This document shows, in pieces, positions 1-9,700 of a DNA stretch of 64,000 nucleotides (position 1 is its first letter; each line of letters begins with the position of its first letter). Source of the DNA: Patescibacteria group bacterium (GTDB lineage: Bacteria; Patescibacteriota; Patescibacteriia; 2-01-FULL-39-33); NCBI GenBank assembly GCA_041662745.1, contig JBAZRV010000002.1, forward strand, positions 85,785-149,784. Direction: 5' to 3'. Position numbers and translations under genes: made by a program. The notes below the pieces were generated by a model. It had not been told where the DNA came from, did not search any database, and saw nothing but the letters and a program-made list of their open reading frames with translations.

Positions 1-890
1 ATTACGGTTGCCCGGATCAAGGCACGGAAGACGGTTTTTGCCCGGCCGTTGATGACGAGACGACTTTTGATCTCAGTATCGCCGGCCTGAGTTTTATTCC
101 TGAGGCCTTTGATCATCCCGACTGGGATCATTTGGTTGCGGAAATCAACGCCACCGAAGTTCCGAGCGGGCCGTTCAAGGTGACGTTTTTCCTGGACAAG
201 ACGATTCTCGCCGAATATGAAGCCCAGCCCGTTTCGCAATCCTGGCTCTATGGCGCGCGTCTGCCCGATGACATTGAGCGTGGCATCAAGCATACGGCAA
301 CGGTGGAAGTTGATATTGACAGTCGTCTTGAAGAGACGGATGAGAATAACAACAACACTTTTAACATTACCTTTACCGTGCCCGAATCCGGCGAGGGTGA
401 GGGTGAAGGCGAAGGTGAAGGCGAGGGTGAAGGCGAGGGTGAAGGCGAGGGTGAAATAGAGCCAGTGCTCGTTCCAACCATTACTTTTTATTGTCCGACG
501 GCCGAAGACCGGATTGCGGTGTCCGTCATGATTCCGCGCGTTGATGATCTGCGTTCTTTCCTGGTTGATCCGACTATCGGAGAAATCGCTTATGTCGGAG
601 TCGCCGGCCCTCATGGCAATTGGAGCTGGGATCCGGAAAACAGTCCGAACAGTCCCGATGTGGTGCCGGTTGAGATTGCGGATCCGGATGTTATCGGCCT
701 GACGACCGGTTTTGAACCTTGGGCGTCGGACCATTTCCGAGGAAATCTGTTCGCCGTGGATAATGCCGGCCAAATGTCTTTCTTCAATCTGGAGCAATGG
801 ACGGTAAGTTACGGCGACAATGAGTCCGTGGTGATTCCGGATGGTGAGGGATTAGTCATTGATTTCTACCGTGATAGTGGCGGTTGTTGA
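1..890 (+). CDS. 5'-partial secreted/surface protein with (Gly-Glu)11 low-complexity repeat; hypothetical
   Basis: The reading frame of ORF 132..890 is open back to nt 3 with no stop, so the N-terminus lies upstream of the window. Internal GEGEGE... tract. Strong hairpin plus T-tract directly downstream. Confidence 0.5.
   Translation, partial: YGCPDQGTEDGFCPAVDDETTFDLSIAGLSFIPEAFDHPDWDHLVAEINATEVPSGPFKVTFFLDKTILAEYEAQPVSQSWLYGARLPDDIERGIKHTATVEVDIDSRLEETDENNNNTFNITFTVPESGEGEGEGEGEGEGEGEGEGEGEIEPVLVPTITFYCPTAEDRIAVSVMIPRVDDLRSFLVDPTIGEIAYVGVAGPHGNWSWDPENSPNSPDVVPVEIADPDVIGLTTGFEPWASDHFRGNLFAVDNAGQMSFFNLEQWTVSYGDNESVVIPDGEGLVIDFYRDSGGC
390..455 (+). repeat. 11 tandem GGNGAR (Gly-Glu) codon units inside the partial CDS
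   Basis: ggcgag/ggtgaa units read directly at 390-455. The antisense frame gives an SPSPSP shadow ORF (248..481). Confidence 0.9.
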
Positions 891-911
891 ATTAAACATT
901 GTACTTTGCAA

Positions 912-941
912 GCGGTTGGCACATTGCCGGCCGCTTTTTTT
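912..941 (+). terminator. rho-independent terminator of the partial surface-protein gene
   Basis: 10-bp stem gcggttggca/tgccggccgc (2 G-U pairs), 3-nt loop, then a T7 tract. Confidence 0.7.
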
Positions 942-984
942 GTTAAATGGCAAAAGAAAAACCGCTCCCTTTTTCCGCAACCCC

Positions 985-1030
985 CTGAATTTTTTGAAAA
1001 ATAAAACCCCCGGTTATCTGATCGGGGGGG
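985..1030 (-). terminator. probable terminator for minus-strand gene 1046..1384
   Basis: cccccg/cggggg hairpin at 1007-1028. On the minus strand it is followed by ttttatttttc. Confidence 0.5.
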
Positions 1031-1045
1031 TGCTAATGGTATTCG

Positions 1046-1384
1046 TTAGATTTCAATCTGGTTGTATGGCTCAAGATCCAATAAAATAATGATCGCCTTC
1101 AGCAGGATTCCCATTTTTTTCTGGTTGGGATAGCGGCAACTAACGACCAACTCGTTATGCTGTTTGCCCCGTCTAATCCAATAGTCATTGCCAGTGCCTA
1201 TTTGGAATTTTTGTTCTGCTACGTTTTCAAATAGTTGGCCGTCGGCGGTCAAGATTCTGGCGATTCTTTCGCAGTAGATCCGATAGTCCCTGGGCATGAA
1301 TTTGGGGTTGACGCAGAATCTAAAACAGAAATGATCCCATGACGGAATGTAGGGCTCTTTCGTTTCGCTTGCATCGGTCGCCAT
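1046..1384 (-). CDS. hypothetical protein (112 aa), no recognisable domain
   Basis: ORF only. It sits where rplJ would normally follow rplA, but it is not L10-like. Confidence 0.4.
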   Translation of the reverse strand: MATDASETKEPYIPSWDHFCFRFCVNPKFMPRDYRIYCERIARILTADGQLFENVAEQKFQIGTGNDYWIRRGKQHNELVVSCRYPNQKKMGILLKAIIILLDLEPYNQIEI

Positions 1385-1540
1385 CGCTTTTCTCCTTATG
1401 GTTTAAGTTTTAAACTTTCCAGTTGACTCGTTGGCTTATTATAGTGCCAATTATTGAATTTGTCAAGAGCTGTTAAATATAAAAACCGCCTTGGTAAGCG
1501 GCTTTTATATTATATAGCGGTTTCTGGTCGTGTAATCTAT

Positions 1541-2239
1541 TTATTGTAAATTAACCTTGATGCCGGGGCCCATGGCCGTAGTGATGGTAACGTTTTTAAT
1601 GAAAGTTCCTTTGGCGGCAACGGGTTTGGCTTTATTTAGGGCATCCATGAAAGCCTGGTAATTTTCCGCCAATTGGGCCGTCTCAAATGAAGACCGGCCG
1701 ATCGCCACATGGATGTTGCCGCTGTCGTCATTTTTGAAAGTAACCTTGCCTTTTTTCAGATTAATGACGGCTTCGGCGATATTATTGGTAACCGTGCCGT
1801 CTTTAGGATTAGGCATTAGGCCTTTGGGGCCAAGGATTTTAGCGATTGGCGCTAAAAGTTTCATGGCTTCGGGCGTAGCAACCAGGACGTCAAAGTTGAT
1901 TTTTCCGGTCTTGATTTCATTGACCAAATCCTGATCGCCGGCCAGGTCGGCGCCGGAGGCCTTGGCGTTCTTGATTTGATCGCCATTAGTGGAAATGACA
2001 GCCACCTTGATTGATTTGCCGGTGCCGTGAGGCAGGGCGGCCGAGCTTCTAACCTGTTGTTCGGTTTTTTTGGGGTTGATTCCCAACTTGACATGAACTT
2101 CTACGGACGCGTCAAATTTGACGGTTGAGGTTTTTTTGGCCAAATCCACCGCTTCGCCGATGGAGTAGGATTTATTGGCATCTACCAGTTCTTTGGCCGC
2201 CAGAAATCTTTTGGACGGCTTGTGATCTACTTTTTTCAT
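1541..2239 (-). CDS. rplA: 50S ribosomal protein L1
   Basis: GPKGLMPNPKDGTVT motif; full-length L1-like 232 aa; lies in the rplKA context. Confidence 0.95.
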   Translation of the reverse strand: MKKVDHKPSKRFLAAKELVDANKSYSIGEAVDLAKKTSTVKFDASVEVHVKLGINPKKTEQQVRSSAALPHGTGKSIKVAVISTNGDQIKNAKASGADLAGDQDLVNEIKTGKINFDVLVATPEAMKLLAPIAKILGPKGLMPNPKDGTVTNNIAEAVINLKKGKVTFKNDDSGNIHVAIGRSSFETAQLAENYQAFMDALNKAKPVAAKGTFIKNVTITTAMGPGIKVNLQ

Positions 2240-2338
2240 AATATTTTCGTTTAGTGGTCATGGCGAGCTTGGTCAGCTCTCCCACGTTAATTAATTTTTG
2301 TTTCACTTATAATCTTGTAACTTCGCCAATCGGCCGTA

Positions 2339-2764
2339 TTAGTCAACGACTTCCACGCCCATTTGTTTGCAGGTGCCTTCAATGGTTTTCATGGCAGCCT
2401 CAACACTGGTAGTATTTAAATCAGGCAGTTTTTTTTCGGCCACTTCGCGGATTTGCTTTTTGGTGATTTTGCCGACTTTCTCCTTAAGGGATTTGCCGGA
2501 GCCTTTTTCCAGGCCGATGGCCTTTTTGATTAAAGCGGAGGCCGGAGCGATTTTCAGGATGAAATCATAGGAGCGATCTTCATAAACCGTGATTTCCACC
2601 GGAGTGATTTCACCTTGGCGATCTTGGCTGGCCGCATTGAACCTTTGGCAGAATTCGGCGATATTAAGGCCGTGTTGGCCTAAAGCCGGACCGACCGGAG
2701 GCGCCGGATTGGCCGCTCCGCCGGGGATTTGCAATTTGATGATTGTCTTGATCTTTTTAGCCAT
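2339..2764 (-). CDS. rplK: 50S ribosomal protein L11
   Basis: N-terminal [15 protein letters not shown]11 signature; 141 aa; immediately upstream of rplA. Confidence 0.95.
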   Translation of the reverse strand: MAKKIKTIIKLQIPGGAANPAPPVGPALGQHGLNIAEFCQRFNAASQDRQGEITPVEITVYEDRSYDFILKIAPASALIKKAIGLEKGSGKSLKEKVGKITKKQIREVAEKKLPDLNTTSVEAAMKTIEGTCKQMGVEVVD

Positions 2765-2879
2765 AAATTTAAGTTCGTAAAGCTCGCGATTAAGTCGCGA
2801 ACTAGACCCCTTTGCTTGTCCAACCTGAGCCGGACGAGAGTCGCCTCTTGCAAGAGTATCGTTTATTTATAATTAATTA
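2765..2879 (-). promoter_or_regulatory. candidate structured leader of the rplK-rplA (L11) operon, a possible L1 autoregulatory site
   Basis: The 115-nt nusG-rplK spacer contains hairpins (ctcttgcaagag; gcgacttaatcgcgagc). L1 is known to bind its operon leader in many bacteria (established knowledge). Assignment here is an inference. Confidence 0.25.
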
Positions 2880-3425
2880 TTAAATTTTCTTGATTTGTAA
2901 AAAGTCTAATTCCACCGGCGTTTCGCGTCCGAACATATTGATCATTACTTTGATTTTGCCTCTGGTTTCGTCTATTTCTTCCACTTTTCCTTCCATATTC
3001 TTGAACGGTCCGTCCACAATCCTGACCGGGTCGCCGGCGGCGATGTCAATCTGGAATTCCGGTTCGTTGACGCCCATGCGCTTCTGCAGGGATTTGACTT
3101 CCTCTTCAGAAACGGGAGTCGGGGTATTGCCGGAGCCGACAAAACCGGTAACGTGCGGCGTGTTGCGCACCACATACCAGGAATCATCGGTAACAATCAT
3201 CTCTACCAGCACGTAGCCGGGGTAGATTTTTTCTTCCACGATTTTCCGTTTGCCGTTTTTAATGCGGATTTTTTTCTCTTTGGGGATTATGACATTGAAG
3301 ATTTTGTCTTCCATGTCCATGGATTCAATACGCTGTTTAAGGTTGTGCTCCACGGCTTCCTCCAAACCGGAGTAGGTGTGGATAACATACCAGCGTCTGC
3401 CAAGTTGCAATGTTTGTTTGGCCAT
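2880..3425 (-). CDS. nusG: transcription termination/antitermination factor NusG
   Basis: NGN domain plus C-terminal KOW (GKIKVMINMFGRETPVELDF); conserved secE-nusG-rplKA order. Confidence 0.9.
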   Translation of the reverse strand: MAKQTLQLGRRWYVIHTYSGLEEAVEHNLKQRIESMDMEDKIFNVIIPKEKKIRIKNGKRKIVEEKIYPGYVLVEMIVTDDSWYVVRNTPHVTGFVGSGNTPTPVSEEEVKSLQKRMGVNEPEFQIDIAAGDPVRIVDGPFKNMEGKVEEIDETRGKIKVMINMFGRETPVELDFLQIKKI

Positions 3426-3544
3426 AAATTTAATTTGTAAAGCCTAAAACTGAAAGTCAAAAGTCGTCAACAGGGTAGCAGTTCAACAACTTTATGGAAT
3501 TTTCGAGCTTAAGACCTTACGAACTTAATGTGCTATTTAGTAAA

Positions 3545-3745
3545 TTATTTAACAAAATTAATCAGATTTTCCAGCCCTAAAGTCAAAAGGAAATCCACCA
3601 GGCCCAAAAACAGGGCGACGGCCAGAGAAATCCCGATTACCAAAATGGTGTGCTGTTTGATTTCTTTTCTGGTCGGCCAAGTGACGTTTTTCATCTCGGC
3701 GTAGGAATCTTTCAGATATTTTGCTGTGTTTTCAGTGAAAGACAT
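3545..3745 (-). CDS. secE: preprotein translocase subunit SecE
   Basis: 66 aa, single C-terminal TM helix, located upstream of nusG. Confidence 0.8.
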   Translation of the reverse strand: MSFTENTAKYLKDSYAEMKNVTWPTRKEIKQHTILVIGISLAVALFLGLVDFLLTLGLENLINFVK

Positions 3746-3760
3746 AATTTTTGTATTTTA

Positions 3761-3790
3761 AAACTCCCATTCGGGGGAGCTTTATTGTAG
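3761..3790 (-). terminator. weak terminator-like hairpin after the HTH gene
   Basis: ctccc/gggag stem. On the minus strand it is followed by ttttaaaataca. Confidence 0.35.
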
Positions 3791-3810
3791 CTGTATTATA
3801 TACTATTAAG

Positions 3811-4119
3811 TCAGGCGTTGTCAAGCGCCTCATTGCTCTTTTTTTTGGCTAAGTTATCGGGGTTGGGGGAGTAGAGCTTGTTTTTTATCTTCCATTGGCC
3901 GACAAATTGGCCGATACCGTCATTTTCCAGCTTGTGTTGGAGTTTTGGCCGGCTTTGCGACCATTTGAGCAGTGATTCAAAATTGATTTTATATACTCCG
4001 CGAACCACTATATAAAGCACTTCGCTGTTGGCGATGGCGCGGCGAACGGTCTTTTCGTTGACCCCAAATAAATTGGCTGCTTGGGATATTGTTACCCTTA
4101 CTGGCGCTTTTTCTGCCAT
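3811..4119 (-). CDS. helix-turn-helix DNA-binding protein (excisionase/MerR-like HTH_17 type)
   Basis: N-terminal VTISQAANLFGVNEKTVRRAI is a typical HTH segment; 102 aa. Confidence 0.5.
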   Translation of the reverse strand: MAEKAPVRVTISQAANLFGVNEKTVRRAIANSEVLYIVVRGVYKINFESLLKWSQSRPKLQHKLENDGIGQFVGQWKIKNKLYSPNPDNLAKKKSNEALDNA

Positions 4120-4186
4120 AAAATATCTAAATTTAGCAAATTATTGTCTTTTAGCTCAGTTTTAAATGCCTTTTGCTTATGATTTA

Positions 4187-4208
4187 TTGTCCGGACATGT
4201 CTGGACAA
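4187..4208. promoter_or_regulatory. two tandem copies of the self-palindromic decamer TGTCCGGACA (second copy TGTCTGGACA); candidate operator
   Basis: Read directly as ttgtccggacatgtctggacaa, ~70-90 bp upstream of the HTH gene start in a 510-bp AT-rich intergenic region. Confidence 0.35.
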
Positions 4209-4532
4209 ATCTTATCACGGCGGGGGATTAATGTCAAAAGTTTCGGGGGTATGGCTTTTAATCAATGCTTTATTCTAACAGCAGTCATCGGCGCCTGTGG
4301 ATAACATCAAGTTAGGTAATGTTTATTTTATATTTAATCGTATAGGCCTGCTTGCCAGATTGAGCCAAATGGTGCTATAATTAGTTTATTCTTACTCAAC
4401 TTAGCGGTCAGGGTAAGTCAAATAAAATAGTAAAATAGCTAAAATAAGCGATTTAATTAAAATCGTGAGTTTTTAGTGTCCGACTGCCGCAGAGGTAAAA
4501 AATAAAAAACACCTCGCCAAAGTCATTTTCAT

Positions 4533-4560
4533 TTGTTTAATTTTGTCTAAAATTAAACAA
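4533..4560. promoter_or_regulatory. perfect 12-bp inverted repeat ttgtttaatttt-gtct-aaaattaaacaa upstream of the ECF sigma gene
   Basis: Read directly; located 70 bp upstream of the ATG at 4630. Confidence 0.3.
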
Positions 4561-4629
4561 ATAAGTTAATAGTTTTTATTAATCAATAAATGCAAGTGTA
4601 ACATTTAGCTATTTTTTCCGTCTAATAAG

Positions 4630-5181
4630 ATGAAGAACCCTATCGCTGACAAAATACTGTTTTTACGGGTGAAAAACAAGGATCACGAGGCCTATGGCCG
4701 GTTTTATGATCTTTATGTTGAGCGGATTTATCGATTTGTCTATTTTAAGGTCAGTTCGGTTGATGATGCCAAAGACCTGACTTCCGAGGTGTTTCTGAAA
4801 CTTTGGCAGTACATTAAAGATGGCAAACCGATTAATAATTTGAATGCTTTGACTTACATGATCGCCCGCAATTGCGTGATAGATTTCTATCGCGCGCGCG
4901 CTCGCCGTGATGAGAATGAAGAAAAAGTCGCTGATGAGCATATCACTATCATTGATGATGAAGGCGACATCTTGATTCAGAAAATCAAAGACGCGGAGAT
5001 GGCCGAGGTGCTGGCAACATTAAAAAAGCTCAAAGACGAATATCGCGAAGTTATAGTGCTAAGATATCTGGATGAATTGTCCATCAAAGAAATTTCTAAA
5101 ATTTTAGATAAGTCACCCGGTTCGGTGCGCGTTTTGCTTTATCGGGCGCTCAATGCCATTAAAACGACGATTAAACAATAG
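4630..5181 (+). CDS. RNA polymerase sigma-70 family, ECF subfamily sigma factor
   Basis: Sigma region 2 (FLKLWQYI...YMIARNCVIDFYR) and region 4 HTH (LDELSIKEISKILDKSPGSVRVLLYRA). Confidence 0.85.
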   Translation: MKNPIADKILFLRVKNKDHEAYGRFYDLYVERIYRFVYFKVSSVDDAKDLTSEVFLKLWQYIKDGKPINNLNALTYMIARNCVIDFYRARARRDENEEKVADEHITIIDDEGDILIQKIKDAEMAEVLATLKKLKDEYREVIVLRYLDELSIKEISKILDKSPGSVRVLLYRALNAIKTTIKQ

Positions 5182-5183
5182 CT

Positions 5184-6368
5184 GTGTCTCACAAAAATCT
5201 CATCAAACAACTAAAGAAAGTCAAAAACCTCGAAACCGTAGGACGGCCCGAGGCTTCTTGGACTTCCGACAGCCGTGAGATTTTGATGCATCAAATCAAT
5301 CCGCAGAATAAGGCCGTGGAGTATTCTCCGATTAAATATTATGCCGAGTTTTTTTCTTCCACTCTGCAACAGAAATTTTTGCGTCCGGCCTTGGTCGCCT
5401 TAATGGTGGTCAGCACTTTTTTCACTTATTCCGCCTTTACTTTGGCCGCTAAGGCGTCTTTGCCCGGCGAAGCTTTGTATCCCGTCAAGGTGTTTAGCGA
5501 GAAAATCCAGTTAGTCGCGGCTATCGGCAACGAGGCTAAGGTTAAGTTGCAATTGGATTTCATCTCCCGTCGCGGCGATGAATTGCAACAGATTGCCCGT
5601 CAGCCGGAAGATGCCAAAGCCAAATCCGCCAAAATTTCCCAAACAGTCAAGCAAATTACCGAAGATGTTAAGAACATTCAAGATAAAGTGGACAAAATCG
5701 CCGTTTCTTCTCCGGCCACTACTGTTATCAGTACTGCCAAGGTGGTTGATGATAAGACTTTAAAAGTGGAAAAAGACATAGTTGACGCTCATACTGTTTT
5801 GTCTACGGAAGTGAAGAAGGATGTGGCCAAGGATGTCAAAGAAGCGATTGCCACCACTGAAGAAGCCGGTACTAAGGCGCTTTTAATGATGGTGGCCAAA
5901 TCCGAAGAAAAACAAGTCAAGGACAATAATCAAGCCGTTCCCACCAAGGAAATCGCCGCTCGCGTGCAAGAAAGAATCAAGAATACCGAGGCCGCGGTGG
6001 AAGTTGCCGCCGACGAGGTCAATAAAATCGCTACCGGTACGCCGGCCATTCTTAATTTGGTTGTTTTATCCAGTGATGGCACTAACAGAATCAGCGGTGT
6101 TTCCAGCACCGAAGCCAACACCACGACCACTTTGAAAGACGCAGTTCAAGATGTTACCGAAAAGCCCAAGCAAGCTCAGGAAGTGATTGAACAAGCCAAG
6201 CAAATGCTTGATAAGAATGATGTCGTTTCCGCCTTACAGAAGATTGTAGAGAGCAAAAACATCGCCGCTGACGCCTTGGAAAAGGCGCCGCTTATCAACG
6301 ATAAAATTCAAACCGAAATAACCAGTTCCACTGTTTCGGTTGTTACTGCGACCTCAACGGTCAAATAA
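5184..6368 (+). CDS. DUF5667-like membrane protein; putative anti-sigma factor partner
   Basis: GTG start 2 nt after the sigma stop; one TM helix; LPGEALYPVK motif as in DUF5667 proteins; long coiled-coil, K/E/A-rich C-terminus. Confidence 0.45.
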   Translation: MSHKNLIKQLKKVKNLETVGRPEASWTSDSREILMHQINPQNKAVEYSPIKYYAEFFSSTLQQKFLRPALVALMVVSTFFTYSAFTLAAKASLPGEALYPVKVFSEKIQLVAAIGNEAKVKLQLDFISRRGDELQQIARQPEDAKAKSAKISQTVKQITEDVKNIQDKVDKIAVSSPATTVISTAKVVDDKTLKVEKDIVDAHTVLSTEVKKDVAKDVKEAIATTEEAGTKALLMMVAKSEEKQVKDNNQAVPTKEIAARVQERIKNTEAAVEVAADEVNKIATGTPAILNLVVLSSDGTNRISGVSSTEANTTTTLKDAVQDVTEKPKQAQEVIEQAKQMLDKNDVVSALQKIVESKNIAADALEKAPLINDKIQTEITSSTVSVVTATSTVK

Positions 6369-6774
6369 TCAAATTAATAATTATTCGGAGTGTTGCGTCC
6401 AGAGCAGACATCCCGCTTTTAGCGAAGTCTCTGCCTTGTCCGCAATAAGCGTACAAGAACTTACAATTAAAACTTTAAGGGGTTTGAGGGCTAACTTTGC
6501 TGTCGCAAAGGTTTCGGCCTTCGGGATTCCATAATTTTATCGGCAAAGGTCGTTGAGGCAACCGCCCAGCTTATAAAATTATCGGTTTAATCCGTTGCTG
6601 GAAAAAGCTGCCTGTAGAGACGCCGCGATTGCGGTGGCTCCTAAGGCGCTTGTCGCCAGCGGAGACGCGACAATCTCGCGTCTTTACATCGGTTGCTGTT
6701 TTCAATTTCAACGGATAATCCCCAGTGTTCCGCCTTGAACTGATAAGGTTTTAATCTAACTATTAACACAAACT

Positions 6775-9700
6775 ATGAAAAAGTTTTTAACTTATTCCGT
6801 AGTCGTAGCCACTATTGCTTGGTCTATGGGCATCAGCGCCGTTTTACCGGCCGCTGCCGCTTATACTCCGGCTGACGGCGATCTGATCAAGACCGCCAGT
6901 TATTCGGCTGTGTACTATGTCACGGGTGGACAAAAATATCTTTTTGTCAACCGCGTAACTTATACGACCTGGTCAAATGCTGTTGGCGATGCCAATAACA
7001 ATTTTGCCGGTTTAAAGGTTATTTCCCAATCTGAATTTGATGCTTTGCCCTTAGGCGGCAACATCACTGCCAGAGCTGGTGTCAGCTTAGTCAAGTTTGA
7101 TAACTCGGGCATTGTCTATGCTGTCGCTCCGGGATCAAAATTGTGCAAGTTGGTTGATAGCGCCGCTCAGACCGCTTTATACGGTTCTGCCGCCCCTATT
7201 ATCATCCAGTCTTCTTTTGAGGCTAACTATACTAAGGATGCCTCTTGCGACCTGACCGCTACTTCTAAGTATCCCGATGGCTCTTTAATCAAGACCTCCG
7301 GCGATGCTTCAGTTTATTACATTGAAGGCGGAATGAAGCGCTTGGTTTCTGCTGATGGCTTTACTGCCAACAGTTTCAAATCCAGCTGGGTCAAGACCGT
7401 CAGCGATGTCAGTGGCTATACCACCGGCTCTGCTTTGACCATCAAGGAAGCCGCTGTTTCTAATGTGGTTTCCGGAGCTTCTGCCCCCGTTGTAACCTTA
7501 GGAACTTTAGGCGTGTCCTTATCCGCCAATAACCCGGTTTCAGCCACTATCGTGTCTGATACTGTTAACACCAGCCAGGCCTTAGTGCCGATGCTTGCCG
7601 TCAATTTGACTGCTTCATCTGCCGGCGATGTCAAGGTTACCGGCATGCAGTTCACTCGCACCGGTATCTCCAATGACACTGATGTCTCCGTTTCCTATCT
7701 ATATGAAGGATCCAAGAAATTGGCTGAGGGCGGTTCAATTTCTTCTAAGGTTTTAACCTTTAATGCCTCTAACGGTATTATTACGGTTCCGGCCGGCCAA
7801 ACCAAGACTGTTTGGTTGAAGATTGACACAACCATCGCTACCGGCGCTGGCAAGAGCATTGGTTTCAATTTGACCGGTGTTACTTCTAACGCCACTGCTA
7901 TTTCCGGCACTCCTTTGACTGGAAATTTGATGAGCACTGCTTCTGTTACTGATTTGGGTTATGTGGTTATCAGCTCCGGCAATGTGCCGACTGCCGCTTC
8001 CACTGTAAACTCCAATGAGACTGATTTTGAAGCCTATAAAGTCACTTTGACTGCTACCGATCAGGATATGCAGTTAGAGGGCTTGAGATTGACCGAAATC
8101 GGTTCAATCGGTAAGGATGATTTGACAAACATCAAATTGGTTTATGGCGGAACTACTTTGGCCACTGCCGCTTTTGACGACAATATGGAATTGTATTTTG
8201 ACTTATCAGCCTCTCCCTTCCAGATCGCGAAGGGCAATTCCAAGACCTTGTCTTTGAGAGTTGACATTTCCAAGGGTTCAACTCGAACCTTTAAGTTCTC
8301 CATCCAGTATGCTTCTGATATTGTGACTAAGGATTTGGGCTATAATGTTTATACCCAAGCCTTTAAGAGTGGAGCTGTCACTTGGAGCGCTGTTACCAGC
8401 GCCGCCAGCACCTATGTCTATACCATTAATTCTGGCACTTTGACTTTAGCTAAGGATGCCAGTTCACCTTCCGGCACCGTCGCTGGTAATGGTACTAATG
8501 TTAAGTTGGCAACCTACAAGATTACAGCTACCGGTGAAGATATGAAAGTTAAGAGCATGGATCTTAAGGTCAATACCACTTCCGGCCAAGAAGGCGGTTT
8601 GGACAATGCCAAGATTTATTTTGATGGCGTCCAGGTCGGTTCGACTAAGGATTTGACCACTGAAGCCACTAATGTAAACTTCACTTTCGGCTCCAGTTTC
8701 ATTGTCCCGGCCGGAACTTCTAAATTAGTTGATATCTATGCTGATTTGAAGACCTCCACTGGAACAGCTATTGTTTCTGGTGCTGCCACAGTTACTCTGT
8801 CTTCAAGCGAAACCCAAGGCGTTCTATCTTTGACTGCTGGAACTTTAGCAGCGGTTGATGGCAGCGCTTTGACTATTGGCGCTGTTTCAACCATTACTTT
8901 GGCTGAGTACACCGCCTATGGCGATCAGACTCTACCTTCTCCTTCATCTCAAGCTAAGATGGGATCATTTTCCGTCGCCGCTTCTGCCAGTGAAGGTGTA
9001 GTTGTCGAAAATATCTACATCAGCGGAGCCACTTCCGGCGAACTTGCCAACATGAATTTGAAGGTTGGCTCAACGATTATCGGCTCTAAAGCGACTTTCT
9101 CTGCTACCGATGCTTCCTCCACTATTTCTATCAGTGGCGGCAAGTTGACTTTAGCCAAGGGCGAAACCAAAGTTGTTGATATTTATGCCGATATCACTTC
9201 CGGTATCACTAATACCACTGGTATCACTTTGGGCGTAAATTGCGACGGTACCACTCCTGACACCAATACTGCCGCTACCGGCGCTTTCAAGGGCTTGCAG
9301 ACTATTGTTATTGGTGCTGGTTCTTTGACTTTGGATACCAACGGAGCTAAACCGGATTCAGCTGTTATTGTGGCTGGTGCAACCACAGCGGTTAGCGCTT
9401 TCACAATGTTGGCCGCCAATGATTCATTCACTATTAACACCCTGACTGTTACTTCTACTGTTGCCGCTTCCGATCGCTCAGTGGGCGCAGTCATCTTGGA
9501 ATATAAGAATGAAGCTGGTGAAACCAAGACCGCAACCGGTTATTTAAGCAGCGGTTCGGTTATCTTCAACAACCTGTCTATCTGGATTCCGAAGAGTGTC
9601 GGCGCAACCGTAACCATCAAGGCTATGGTGGCTGACGCTACCGGCGCCAAGTCTGGTGATATCGTTCGCTTGAACTTAAGCGCTTCTGATGGCACTTCCA

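Noticed and set aside
248-481. Minus-strand ORF encoding SPSPSP...
   Set aside because: Antisense shadow of the (Gly-Glu) repeat in the + strand CDS.
1713-2094. ORFs 1713..1934 (+) and 1861..2094 (-) inside rplA
   Set aside because: Internal or antisense frames within a well-supported ribosomal protein gene.
6340-6534. 64-aa ORF in the GC-rich intergenic region
   Set aside because: No RBS or start context, Cys/Ser/Arg-rich junk composition. The region is more likely structured non-coding RNA or DNA.
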